Below, in pieces: positions 15,001 through 30,000 of a stretch of 64,000 nucleotides of DNA. The position numbers and the translations under genes are program-made. Numbering within the stretch: the first letter of the stretch is position 1; each line of letters begins with the position of its first letter. Location: the NCBI GenBank assembly GCA_032718475.1, contig JAUCBJ010009143.1, positions 239,586-303,585 of the forward strand. The letters run 5' to 3'. This DNA is from Nemertoderma westbladi (taxonomy: Eukaryota > Animalia > Xenacoelomorpha). Under the pieces are notes generated by a model, which saw only the letters and a list, made by a program, of their open reading frames with translations, was not told the origin of the DNA and did not search any database.

Positions 15001-18000
15001 TCTTCTACTTCAACTGGGCCACCAGATCTCCCGATTAATCCAACTTCTACTTCCGCACACTCGAAGCCTCACCACCTGGCCAGCAGCACTCCAGATTAAT
15101 TTATCTTCTACTTCAACTGGGCCACCAGATCTCCCTATTAATCAACCTTCTACTTCGGCACACTCGAAGCCTCACCACCTGGCCAGCAGCACTCCAGATT
15201 AATTTATCTTCTACTTCAACTGGGCCACCAGATCTCAATATTATTCTACCTTCTACTTCCGCACACTCGAAGCCTCACCACCCGGCCAGTGGCACTCCAG
15301 ATTAATTTATCTTCTACTTCAACTGGGCCACCAGATCTCCCTATTAATCTACCTTCTACTTCCGCACACTCGAAGCCTCACCACCTGGCCAGCAGCACTC
15401 CAGATTAATTTATCTTCTACTTCAACTGTGCCACAATATCTCCCTATTAATCTACCTTCTACTTCCGCACACTCGAGGCCTCACCACCTGGCCAGCAGCA
15501 CTCCAGATTAATTTATCTTCTACTTCAACTGGGCAACCAGATCTCCCTATTAATCTACCTTCTACTTCCGCACACTCGAAGCCTCACTACCTGGCCAGCA
15601 GCATTCCAGATTAATTTATCTTCTACTTCAACTGGGCCACCAGATCTCCCTATTAATCTACCTTCTACTTCCGCACCCTCAAAGCCTCACCACCTGGCCA
15701 GCAGCACTCCAGATTAATTTATCTTCTACTTTAACTGGGCCACCAGATCTCCCGATTAATCCAACTTCTACTTCCGCACACTCGAAGCCTCACCACATGG
15801 CCAGCAGCACTCCAGATTAATTTATCTTCTACTTCAACTGGGCCACCAGATCTCCCTATTAATCAACCTTCTACTTCCGCACACTCGAAGCCTTACCACC
15901 TGGCCAGCAGCACTGCAGATTAATTTATCTTCTACTTCAACTGGGCCATCAGATCTCCCTATTAATTTACCATCTACTTCCGCACACTCGAAGCCTCACC
16001 ACCTGGCCAGCAGCACTCCAGATTAATTTATCTTCTACTTCAACTGGGCCACCTGATCTCCCTATTAATCTACCTTCTACTTCCGCACCCTCGAAACCTC
16101 ACCACCTGGCCAGCAGCACTCCAGATTAATTTATCTTCTACTTCAACTGGGCCACCAGATCTCCCGATTAATCCAACTTCTACTTCCGCACACTCGAAGC
16201 CTCACCACATGGCCAGCAGCACTCCAGATTAATTTATCTTCTACTTCAACTGGGCCACCAGATCTCCCTATTAATCTACCTTCTACTTCCGCACACTCGA
16301 AGCCTCACCACCTGGCCAGCAGCACTCCAGATTAATTTATCTTCTACTTCAACCGGGCCACCAGATCTCCCTATCAATCTACCTTCTACTTCGGCACACT
16401 CGAAGCCTCACCACCTGGCCAGCAGCACTCCAGATTAATTTATCTTCTACTTCAACTGGGCCACCAGATCTCAATATTATTCTACCTTCTACTTCCGCAC
16501 ACTCGAAGCCTCACCACCTGGCCAGCAGCACTCCAGATTAATTTATCTTCTACTTCAACTGGGCCACCAGATCTCAATATTATTCTACCTTCTACTTCCG
16601 CACACTCGAAGCCTCACCACCTGGCCAGCAGCACTCCAGATTAATTTATCTTCTACTTCAACTGGGCCACCAGATCTCAATATTATTCTACCTTCTACTT
16701 CCGCACACTCGAAGCCTCACCACCTGGCCAGCAGCACTCCAGATTAATTTATCTTCTACTTCAACTGGGCCACCAGATCTCCCGATTAATCCAACTTCTA
16801 CTTCCGCACACTCGAAGCCTCACCACATGGCCAGCAGCACTCCAGATTAATTTATCTTCTACTTCAACTGGGCCACCAGATCTCCCGATTAATCCAACTT
16901 CTACTTCCGCACACTCGAAGCCTCACCACATGGCCAGCAGCACTCCAGATTAATTTATCTTCTACTTCAACTGGGCCATCAGATCTCCCTATTAATTTAC
17001 CTTCTACTTCCGCACACTCGAAGCCTCACCACCTGGCCAGCAGCACTCCAGATTAATTTATCTTCTACTTCAACTGGGCCACCTGATCTCCCTATTAATC
17101 TACCTTCTACTTCCGCACCCTCGAAGCCTCACCACCTGGCCAGCAGCACTCCAGATTAATTTATCTTCTACTTCAACTGGGCCACCAGATCTCCCTATTA
17201 ATCTACCTTCTACTTCCGCACACTCGAAGCCTCACCACCTGGCCAGCAGCACTCCAGATTAATTTATCTTCTACTTCAACCGGGCCACCAGATCTCCCTA
17301 TTAATCTACCTTCTACTTCCGCACACTCGAAGCCTCACCACCTGGCCAGCAGCACTCCGATTAATTTATCTTCTACTTCAACTGGGCCACCAGATCTCCC
17401 TATTAATCTACCTTCTACTTCCGCACACTCGAAGCCTCACCACCTGGCCAGCAGCACTCCAGATTAATTTATCTTCTACTTCAACTGGGCCACCAGATCT
17501 CAATATTATTCTACCTTCTACTTCCGCACACTCGAAGCCTCACCACCTGGCCAGCGGCACTCCAGAATAATTTATCTTCTACTTCAACTGGGCCAGCAGA
17601 TCTCAATATTATTCTACCTTCTACTTCCGCACACTCGAAGCCTCACCACCTGGCCAGCAGCACTCCAGATTAATTTATCTTCTACTTCAACTGGGCCACC
17701 AGATCTCAATATTATTCTACCTTCTACTTCCGCACACTCGAAGCCTCACCACCTGGCCAGCAGCACTCCAGATTAATTTATCTTCTACTTCAACTGGGCC
17801 ACCAGATCTCAATATTATTCTACCTTCTACTTCCGCACACTCGAAGCCTCACCACCTGGCCAGCAGCACTCCAGATTAATTTATCTTCTACTTCAACTGG
17901 GCCACCAGATCTCCCGATTAATCCAACTTCTACTTCCGCACACTCGAAGCCTCACCACATGGCCAGCAGCACTCCAGATTAATTTATCTTCTACTTCAAC

Positions 18001-21000
18001 TGGGCCACCAGATCTCCCGATTAATCCAACTTCTACTTCCGCACACTCGAAGCCTCACCACATGGCCAGCAGCACTCCAGATTAATTTATCTTCTACTTC
18101 AACTGGGCCATCAGATCTCCCTATTAATTTACCTTCTACTTCCGCACACTCGAAGCCTCACCACCTGGCCAGCAGCACTCCAGATTAATTTATCTTCTAC
18201 TTCAACTGGGCCACCTGATCTCCCTATTAATCTACCTTCTACTTCCGCACCCTCGAAGCCTCACCACCTGGCCAGCAGCACTCCAGATTAATTTATCTTC
18301 TACTTCAACTGGGCCACCAGATCTCCCTATTAATCTACCTTCTACTTCCGCACACTCGAAGCCTCACCACCTGGCCAGCAGCACTCCAGATTAATTTATC
18401 TTCTACTTCAACCGGGCCACCAGATCTCCCTATTAATCTACCTTCTACTTCCGCACACTCGAAGCCTCACCACCTGGCCAGCAGCACTCCGATTAATTTA
18501 TCTTCTACTTCAACTGGGCCACCAGATCTCCCTATTAATCTACCTTCTACTTCCGCACACTCGAAGCCTCACCACCTGGCCAGCAGCACTCCAGATTAAT
18601 TTATCTTCTACTTCAACTGGGCCACCAGATCTCAATATTATTCTACCTTCTACTTCCGCACACTCGAAGCCTCACCACCTGGCCAGCGGCACTCCAGATT
18701 AATTTATCTTCTACTTCAACTGGGCCACCAGATCTCAATATTATTCTACCTTCTACTTCCGCACACTCGAAGCCTCACCACCTGGCCAGCAGCACTCCGA
18801 TAAATTTATCTTCTACTTCAACTGGGCCACCAGATCTCCCTATTAATCTACCTTCTACTTCCGCACACTCGAAGCCTCACCACCTGGCCAGCAGCACTCC
18901 AGATTAATTTATCTTCTACTTCAACTGGGCCACCAGATCTCAATATTATTCTACCTTCTACTTCCGCACACTCGAAGCCTCACCACCTGTCCAGCGGCAC
19001 TCCAGATTAATTTATCTTCTACTTCAACTGGGCCACCAGATCTCAATATTATTCTACCTTCTACTTCCGCACACTCGAAGCCTCACCACATGGCCAGCAG
19101 CGCTCCAGATTAATTTATCTTCTACTTCAACTGGGCCACCAGATCTCCCTATTAATCTACCTTCTACTTCCGCACCCTCGAAGCCTCACCACCTGGCCAG
19201 CAGCACTCCAGATTAATTTATCTTCTACTTCAACTGGGCCACCAGATCTCCCGATTAATCCAACTTCTACTTCCGCACACTCGAAGCCTCACCACCTGGC
19301 CAGCAGCACTCCAGATTAATTTATCTTCTACTTCAACTGGGCCACCAGATCTCCCTATTAATCTACCTTCTACTTCCGCACACTCGAAGCCTCACCACCT
19401 GGCCAGCAGCACTCCAGATTAATTTATCTTCTACTTCAACTGGGCCACCAGATCTCCCTATTAATCTACCTTCTACTTCCGCACACTCGAAGCCTCACCA
19501 CCTGGCCAGCAGCACTCCAGATTAATTTATCTTCTACTTCAACTGGGCCACCAGATCTCCCTATTAATCTACCTTCTACTTCGGCCCACTCGAAGCCTCA
19601 CCACCTGGCCAGCAGCTCTCCAGATTAATTTACCTTCTACTTCAACTGGGCCACCAGATCTCCCTATTAATCTACCTTCTACTTCGGCCCACTCGAAGCC
19701 TCACTACCTGGCCAGCAGCACTCCAGATTAATTTATCTTCTACTTCAACTGGGCCACCAGATCTCAATATTATTCTACATTCTACTTCCGCACACTCGAA
19801 GCCTCACCACCTGGCCAGCGGCACTCCAGATTAATTTATATTTTACTTCAACTGGGCCACCAGATCTCCCGATTAATCCAACTTCTACTTCCGCACACTC
19901 GAAGCCTCACCACATGGCCAGCAGCACTCCAGATTAATTTATCTTCTACTTCAACTGGGCCACCAGATCTCCCTATTAATCTACCTTCTACTTCCGCACA
20001 CTCGAAGCCTCACCACCTGGCCAGCAGCACTCCAGATTAATTTATCTTCTACTTCAACTGGGCCACAATATCTCCCTATTAATCTACCTTCTACTTCCGC
20101 ACACTCGAAGCCTCACCACCTGGCCAGCAGCACTCCAGATTAATTTATCTTCTACTTCAACTGGGCCACCAGATCTCCCTATTAATCTACCTTCTACTTC
20201 CGCACACTCGAAGCCTTACCACCTGGCCAGTAGCACTGCAGATTAATTTATCTTCTACTTCAACTGGGCCATCAGATCTCCCTATTAATTTACCTTCCTC
20301 TTCCGCACACTCGAAGCCTCACCACCTGGCCAGCAGCACTCCAGATTAATTTATCTTCTACTTCAACTGGGCCACCTGATCTCCCTATTAATCTACCTTC
20401 TACTTCCGCACCCTCGAAGCCTCACCACCTGGCCAGCAGCACTCCAGATTAATTTATCTTCTACTTCAACTGGGCCACCAGATCTCCCGATTAATCCAAC
20501 TTCTACTTCCGCACACTCGAAGCCTCACCACATGGCCAGCAGCACTCCAGATTAATTTATCTTCTACTTCAACTGGGCCACCAGATCTCCCTATTAATCT
20601 ACCTTCTACTTCCGCACACTCGAAGCCTCACCACCTGGCCAGCAGCACTCCCGATTAATTTATCTTCTACTTTAACTGGGCCACCAGATCTCCCTATCAA
20701 TCTACCTTCTACTTCGGCACACTCGAAGCCTCACCATCTGGCCAGCAGCACTCCAGATTAATTTATCTTCTACTTCAACTGGGCCACCAGATCTCCCTAT
20801 TAATCTACCTTCTACTTCCGCACACTCGAAGCCTCACCACCTGGCCAGCAGCACTCCAGATTAATTTATCTTCTACTTCAACTGGGCCACCAGATCTCCC
20901 TATCAATCTACCTTCTACTTCGGCACACTCGAAGCCTCACCATCTGGCCAGCAGCACTCCAGATTAATTTATCTTCTACTTCAACTGGGCCACCAGATCT

Positions 21001-24000
21001 CCCTATTAATCTACCTTCTACTTCGGCCCACTCGAAGCCTCACTACCTGGCCAGCAGCACTCCAGATTAATTTATCTTCTACTTCAACTGGGCCACCAGA
21101 TCTCAATATTATTCTACATTCTACTTCCGCACACTCGAAGCCTGACCACCTGGCCAGCGGCACTCCAGATTAATTTATATTTTACTTCAACTGGGCCACC
21201 AGATCTCCCGATTAATCCAACTTCTACTTCCGCACACTCGAAGCCTCACCACATGGCCAGCAGCACTCCAGATTAATTTATCTTCTACTTCAACTGGGCC
21301 ACCAGATCTCCCTATTAATCTACCTTCTACTTCCGCACACTCGAAGCCTCACCACCTGGCCAGCAGCACTCCAGATTAATTTATCTTCTACTTCAACTGG
21401 GCCACAATATCTCCCTATTAATCTACCTTCTACTTCCGCACACTCGAAGCCTCACCACCTGGCCAGCAGCACTCCAGATTAATTAACTTCTACTTCAACT
21501 GGGCCACAATATCTCCCTATTAATCTACCTTCTACTTCCGCACACTCGAAGCCTCACCACCTGGCCAGCAGCACTCCAGATTAATTTATCTTTTACTTCA
21601 ACTGGGCCACCAGATCTCCCTATTAATCTACCTTCTACTTCCTCACACTCGAAGCCTCACCACCCGGCCAGCAGCACTCCAGATTAATTTATCTTCTACT
21701 TCAACTGGGCCACCAGATCTCCCTATTAATCTAACTTCTACTTACGCACACTCGAAGCCTCACCACCTGGCCAGCAGCACTCCAGATTAATTTATCTTCT
21801 ACTTCAACTGGGCCACCAGATCTCCCTATTAATCTACCTTCTACTTCGGCACACTCGAAGCCTCACTACCTGGCCAGCAGCACTCCAGATTAATTTATCT
21901 TCTACTTCAACTGGGCCACCAGATCTCCCTATTAATCTACCTTCTACTTCGGCTCACTCGAAGCCTCACTACCTGGTCAGCAGCACTCCAGATTAATTTA
22001 TCTTCTACTTCAACTGGGCCACCAGATCTCCCTATTAATCTACCTTCTACTTCCGCACACTCGAAGCCTCACCACCTGGCCAGCAGCACTCCAGATTAAT
22101 TTATTTTCTACTTCAACTGGGCCACCAGATCTCCCTATTAATCTACCTTCTACTTCGGCACACTCGAAGCCTCACTACCTGGCCAGCAGCACTCCAGATT
22201 AATTTATCTTCTACTTCAACTGGGCCACCAGATCTCCCTATTAATCTACCTTCTACTTCCGCACACTCGAAGCCTCACCACCTGGCCAGCAGCACTCCAG
22301 ATTAATTTATCTTCTACTTCAACTGGGCCACCATATCTCAATATTATTCTACCTTCTACTTCCGCACACTCGAAGCCTCACCACCTGGCCAGCAGCACTC
22401 CAGATTAATTTATCTTTTACTTCAACTGGGCCACCAGATCTCAATATTATTCTACCTTCTACTTCCGCACACTCGAAGCCTCACCACCTGGCCAGCAGCA
22501 CTCCAGATTAATTTATCTTCTACTTCAACTGGGCCACCAGATCTCAATATTATTCTACCTTCTACTTCCGCACTCTCGAAGCCTCACCACCTGGCCAGCA
22601 GCACTCCAGATTAATTTATCTTCTACTTCAACTGGGCCACCGGATCTTCCTATTAATCTACCTTCTACTTCCTCGAAGCCTCACCACATGGCCAGCAGCA
22701 CTCTAGATTAATTTATCTTCTACTTCAACTGGGCTACCAGATCTCCCTATTAATCTACCTTCTACTTCCGCACACTCGAAGCCTCACTACCTGGCCAGCA
22801 GCACTCCAGATTAATTTATCTTCTACTTGAACTGGGCCACCGGATCTTCCTATTAATCTACCTTCTACTTCCGCACACTCGAAGCCTCACCACCTGGCCA
22901 GCAGCACTCCAGATTAATTTATCTTCTACTTCAACTGGGCCACCAGATCTCCCTATTAATCTACCTTCTACTTCGGCACACTCGAAGCCTCACTACATGG
23001 CCAGCAGCACTCTAGATTAATTTATCTTCTACTTCAACTGGGCTACCAGATCTCCCTATTAATCTACCTTCTACTTCGGCACACTCGAAGCCTCACTACC
23101 TGGCCAGCAGCACTCCAGATTAATTTATCTTCTACTTCAACTGGGCCACCAGATCTCCCTATTAATCTACCTTCTACTTCCGCACACTCGAAGCCTCACC
23201 ACCTGGCCAGCAGCACTCCAGATTAATTTATCTTCTACTTCAACTGGGCCACCAGATCTCCCTATTAATCTACCTTCTACTTCGGCACACTCGAAGCCTC
23301 ACTACCTGGCCAGCAGCACTCCATATTAATTTATCTTCTACTTCAACTGGGCCACCAGATCTCCCTATTAATCTACCTTCTACTTCCGCACACTCGAAGC
23401 CTCACCACCTGGGCAGCAGCACTCCAGATTAATTTATCTTCTACTTCAACTGGGCCACCATATCTCAATATTATTCTACCTTCTACTTCCGCACACTCGA
23501 AGCCTCACCACCTGGCCAGCAGCACTCCAGATTAATTTATCTTTTACTTCAACTGGGCCACCAGATCTCAATATTATTCTACCTTCTACTTCCGCACACT
23601 CGAAGCCTCACCACCTGGCCAGCAGCACTCCAGATTAATTTATCTTCTACTTCAACTGGGCCACCAGATCTCAATATTATTCTACCTTCTACTTCCGCAC
23701 ACTCGAAGCCTCACCACCTGGCCAGCAGCACTCCAGATTAATTTATCTTCTACTTCAACTGGGCCACAATATCTCCCTATTAATCTACCTTCTACTTCCG
23801 CACACTCGAAGCCTCACCACCTGGCCAGCAGCACTCCAGATTAATTTATCTTCTACTTCAACTGGGCCACCAGATCTCCCTATTAATCTACCTTCTACTT
23901 CCTCACACTCGAAGCCTCACCACCCGGCCAGCAGCACTCCAGATTAATTTATCATCTTCTACTTCAACTGGGCCACCAGATCTCCCTATTAATCTAACTT

Positions 24001-27000
24001 CTACTTCCGCACACTCGAAGCCTCACCACCTGGCCAGCAGCACTCCAGATTAATTTATCTTCTACTTCAACTGGGCCACCAGATCTCCCTATTAATCTAC
24101 CTTCTACTTCGGCACACTCGAAGCCTCACTACCTGGCCAGCAGCACTCCAGATTAATTTATCTTCTACTTCAACTGGGCCACCAGATCTCCCTATTAATC
24201 TACCTTCTACTTCCGCACACTCGAAGCCTCACCACCTGGCCAGCAGCACTCCAGATTAATTTATCTTCTACTTCAACTGGGCCACCAGATCTCAATATTA
24301 TTCTACCTTCTACTTCCGCACACTCGAAGCCTCACCACCTGGCCAGCAGCACTCCAGATTAATTTATCTTCTACTTCAACTGGGCCACCAGATCTCCCTA
24401 TTAATCTACCTTCTACTTCCTCACACTCGAAGCCTCACCACCCGGCCAGCAGCACTCCAGATTAATTTATCATCTTCTACTTCAACTGGGCCACCAGATC
24501 TCCCTATTAATCTAACTTCTACTTCCTCACACTCGAAGCCTCACCACCCGGCCAGCAGCACTCCAGATTAATTTATCATCTTCTACTTCAACTGGGCCAC
24601 CAGATCTCCCTATTAATCTACCTTCTACTTCCGCACACTCGAAGCCTCACCACCTGGCCAGCAGCACTCCAGATTAATTTATCTTCTACTTCAACTGGGC
24701 CACCAGTTCTCCCTATTAATCTACCTTCTACTTCCGCACACTCGAAGCCTCACCACCTGGCCAGCAGCACTCCAGATTAATTTATCTTCTACTTCAACTG
24801 GGCCACCAGATCTCCTTATTAATCTATCTTCTACTTCCGCACACTCGAAGCCTCACCACCTGGCCAGCAGCACTCCAGATTAATTTATCTTCTACTTCAA
24901 CTGGGCCACCAGATCTCCTTATTAATCTATCTTCTACTTCGGCACACTCGAAGCCTCACCACCTGGCCAGCAGCACTCCAGATTAATTTATCTTCTACTT
25001 CAACTGGGCCACCAGATCTCCTTATTAATCTATCTTCTACTTCGGCACACTCGAAGCCTCACCACCTGGCCAGCAGCACTCCAGATTAATTTATCTTCTA
25101 CTTCAACTGGGCCACCAGATCTCCCTATTAATCTACCTTCTACTTCGGCACACTCGAAGCCTCACTACCTGGCCAGCAGCACTCCAGATTAATTTATCTT
25201 CTACTTCAACTGGGCCACCAGATCTCCCTATTAATCTACCTTCTACTTCCGCACACTCGAAGCCTCACCACCTGGCCAGCAGCACTCCAGATTAATTTAT
25301 CTTCTACTTCAACTGGGCCACCAGATCTCCCTATTAATCTACCTTCTACTTCCGCACACTCGAAGCCTCACCACCTGGCCAGCAGCACTCCAGATTAATT
25401 TATCTTCTACTTCAACTGGGCCACCAGATCTCCATATTAATCTACCTTCTACTTCGGCACACTCGAAGCCTCACTACCTGGCCAGCAGCACTCCAGATTA
25501 ATTTATCTTCTACTTCAACTGGGCCACCAGATCTCCCTATTAATCTACCTTCTACTTCCGCACACTCGAAGCCTCACCACCTGGCCAGCAGCACTCCAGA
25601 TTAATTTATCTTCTACTTCAACTGGGCCACCATATCTCAATATTATTCTACCTTCTACTTCCGCACACTCGAAGCCTCACCACCTGGCCAGCAGCACTCC
25701 AGATTAATTTATCTTTTACTTCAACTGGGCCACCATATCTCAATATTATTCTACCTTCTACTTCCGCACACTCGAAGCCTCACTACCTGGCCAGCAGCAC
25801 TCCAGATTAATTTATCTTCTACTTCAACTGGGCCACCAGATCTCCCTATTAATCTACCTTCTACTTCGGCACACTCGAAGCCTCACCACCTGGCCAGCAG
25901 CACTCCAGATTAATTTATCTTTTACTTCAACTGGGCCACCAGATCTCAATATTATTCTACCTTCTACTTCCGCACACTCGAAGCCTCACCACCTGGCCAG
26001 CAGCACTCCGGATTAATTTATCTTCTACTTCAACTGGGCCACCAGATCTCAATATTATTCTACCTTCTACTTCCGCACACTCGAAGCCTCACCACCTGGC
26101 CAGCAGCACTCCAGATTAATTTATCTTCTACTTCAACTGGGCCACCGGATCTTCCTATTAATCTAACTTCTACTTCCGCACACTCGAAGCCTCACCACCT
26201 GGCCAGCAGCACTCTAGATTAATTTATCTTCTACTTCAACTGGGCCACCAGATCTCCCTATTAATCTACCTTCTACTTCCGCACACTCGAAGCCTCACCA
26301 CCTGGCCAGCAGCACTCCAGATTAATTTATCTTCTACTTCAACTGGGCCACCAGATCTCCCTATTAATCCACCTTCTACTTCCGCACACTCGAAGCCTCA
26401 CCACCTGGCCAGCAGCACTCTAGATTAATTTATCTTCTACTTCAACTGGGCCACCAGATCTCCCTATTAATCTAACTTCTACTTCCGCACACTCAAAGCC
26501 TCACCACCTGGCCAGCAGCACTCCAGATTAATTTATCTTCTACTTCAACTGGGCCACCAGATCTCCCTATTAATCTAACTTCTACTTCCGCACACTCGAA
26601 GCCTCACCACCTGGCCAGCAGCACTCCAGATTAATTTATCTTCTACTTCAACTGGGCCACCAGATCTCCCTATTAATCTACCTTCTACTTCGGCACACTC
26701 GAAGCCTCACTACCTGGCCAGCAGCACTCCAGATTAATTTATCTTCTACTTCAACTGGGCCACCAGATCTCCCTATTAATCTACCTTCTACTTCGGCACA
26801 CTCGAAGCCTCACTACCTGGCCAGCAGCACTCCAGATTAATTTATCTTCTACTTCAACTGGGCCACCAGATCTCCCTATTAATCTACCTTCTACTTCCGC
26901 ACACTCGAAGCCTCACCAAATGGCCAGCAGCACTCCAGATTAATTTATCTTCTACTTCAACTGGGCCACCAGATCTCCATATTAATCTACCTTCTACTTC

Positions 27001-30000
27001 GGCACACTCGAAGCCTCACTACCTGGCCAGCAGCACTCCAGATTAATTTATCTTCTACTTCAACTGGGCCACCAGATCTCCCTATTAATCTACCTTCTAC
27101 TTCGGCACACTCGAAGCCTCACCACCTGGCCAGCAGCACTCCAGATTAATTTATCTTCTACTTTAACTGGGCCACCAGATCTCCCTATTAATCTACCTTC
27201 TACTTCGGCACACTCGAAGCCTCACTACCTGGCCAGCAGCACTCCAGATTAATTTATCTTCTACTTCAACTGGGCCACCAGATCTCCCTATTAATCTACC
27301 TTCTACTTCGGCACACTCGAAGCCTCACTACCTGGCCAGCAGCACTCCAGATTAATTTATCTTCTACTTCAACTGGGCCACCAGATCTCCCTATTAATCT
27401 ACCTTCTACTTCGGCACACTCGAAGCCTCACCACCTGGCCAGCAGCACTCCAGATTAATTTATCTTTTACTTCAACTGGGCCACCAGATCTCAATATTAT
27501 TCTACCTTCTACTTCCGCACACTCGAAGCCTCACCACCTGGCCAGCAGCACTCCGGATTAATTTATCTTCTACTTCAACTGGGCCACCAGATCTCAATAT
27601 TATTCTACCTTCTACTTCCGCACACTCGAAGCCTCACCACCTGGCCAGCAGCACTCCAGATTAATTTATCTTCTACTTCAACTGGGCCACCGGATCTTCC
27701 TATTAATCTACCTTCTACTTCCTCGAAGCCTCACCACCTGGCCAGCAGCACTCTAGATTAATTTATCTTCTACTTCAACTGGGCCACCAGATCTCCCTAT
27801 TAATCTAACTTCTACTTCCGCACACTCAAAGCCTCACCACCTGGCCAGCAGCACTCCAGATTAATTTATCTTCTACTTCAACTGGGCCACCAGATCTCCC
27901 TATTAATCTAACTTCTACTTCCGCACACTCGAAGCCTCACCACCTGGCCAGCAGCACTCCAGATTAATTTATCTTCTACTTCAACTGGGCCACCAGATCT
28001 CCCTATTAATCTACCTTCTACTTCGGCACACTCGAAGCCTCACTACCTGGCCAGCAGCACTCCAGATTAATTTATCTTCTACTTCAACTGGGCCACCAGA
28101 TCTCCCTATTAATCTACCTTCTACTTCGGCACACTCGAAGCCTCACCACCTGGCCAGCAGCACTCCAGATTAATTTATCTTCTACTTCAACTGGGCCACC
28201 AGATCTCCCTATTAATCTACCTTCTACTTCGGCACACTCGAAGCCTCACTACCTGGCCAGCAGCACTCCAGATTAATTTATCTTCTACTTCAACTGGGCC
28301 ACCAGATCTCCCTATTAATCTACCTTCTACTTCCGCACACTCGAAGCCTCACCAAATGGCCAGCAGCACTCCAGATTAATTTATCTTCTACTTCAACTGG
28401 GCCACCAGATCTCCATATTAATCTACCTTCTACTTCGGCACACTCGAAGCCTCACTACCTGGCCAGCAGCACTCCAGATTAATTTATCTTCTACTTCAAC
28501 TGGGCCACCAGATCTCCCTATTAATCTACCTTCTACTTCGGCACACTCGAAGCCTCACTACCTGGCCAGCAGCACTCCAGATTAATTTATCTTCTACTTC
28601 AACTGGGCCACCAGATCTCCCTATTAATCTACCTTCTACTTCGGCACACTCGAAGCCTCACTACCTGGCCAGCAGCACTCCAGATTAATTTATCTTCTAC
28701 TTCAACTGGGCCACCAGATCTCCCTATTAATCTACCTTCTACTTCGGCACACTCGAAGCCTCACCACCCGGCCAGCAGCACTCCAGATTAATTTATCTTC
28801 TACTTCAACTGGGCCACCAGATCTCCCTATTAATCTACCTTCTACTTCCGCACACTCGAAGCCTCACCACCTGGCCAGCAGCACTCCAGATTAATTTATC
28901 TTCTACTTCAACTGGGCCACCATATCTCAATATTATTCTACCTTCTACTTCCGCACACTCGAAGCCTCACCACCTGGCCAGCAGCACTCCAGATTAATTT
29001 ATCTTTTACTTCAACTGGGCCACCAGATCTCAATATTATTCTACCTTCTACTTCCGCACACTCGAAGCCTCACCACCTGGCCAGCAGCACTCCAGATTAA
29101 TTTATCTTCTACTTCAACTGGGCCACCAGATCTCAATATTATTCTACCTTCTACTTCCGCACACTCGAAGCCTCACCACCTGGCCAGCAGCACTCCAGAT
29201 TAATTTATCTTCTACTTCAACTGGGCCACCGGATCTTCCTATTAATCTACCTTCTACTTCCTCGAAGCCTCACCACCTGGCCAGCAGCACTCTAGATTAA
29301 TTTATCTTCTACTTCAACTGGGCTACCAGATCTCCCTATTAATCTACCTTCTACTTCCGCACACTCGAAGCCTCACCACCTGGCCAGCAGCACTCCAGAT
29401 TAATTTATCTTCTACTTCAACTGGGCCACCAGATCTCCCTATTAATCCACCTTCTACTTCCGCACACTCGAAGCCTCACCACCTGGCCAGCAGCACTCTA
29501 GATTAATTTATCTTCTACTTCAACTGGGCCACCAGATCTCCCTATTAATCTAACTTCTACTTCCGCACACTCAAAGCCTCACCACCTGGCCAGCAGCACT
29601 CCAGATTAATTTATCTTCTACTTCAACTGGGCCACCAGATCTCCCTATTAATCTACCTTCTACTTCCGCACACTCGAAGCCACACCACCTGGCCAGCAGC
29701 ACTCCAGATTAATTTATCTTTTACTTCAACTGGGCCACCAGATCTCCCTATTAATCTACCTTCTACTTCCCCACACTCGAAGCCTCATCAACTGGGTCAG
29801 CAGCTCTCCAGATTAATTTATCTTCTACTTCAACTGGGCAACCAGATCTCCCTATTAATCAACCTTCTACTTCCACACACTAGAAGCCTCACCACCTGGC
29901 CAGCAGCACTCCAGATTAATTTATCTTCTACTTCAACTGGACCACCAGATCTCCCTATTAATCTACCTTCTACTTCCGCACACTCGAAGCCTCACCACCT

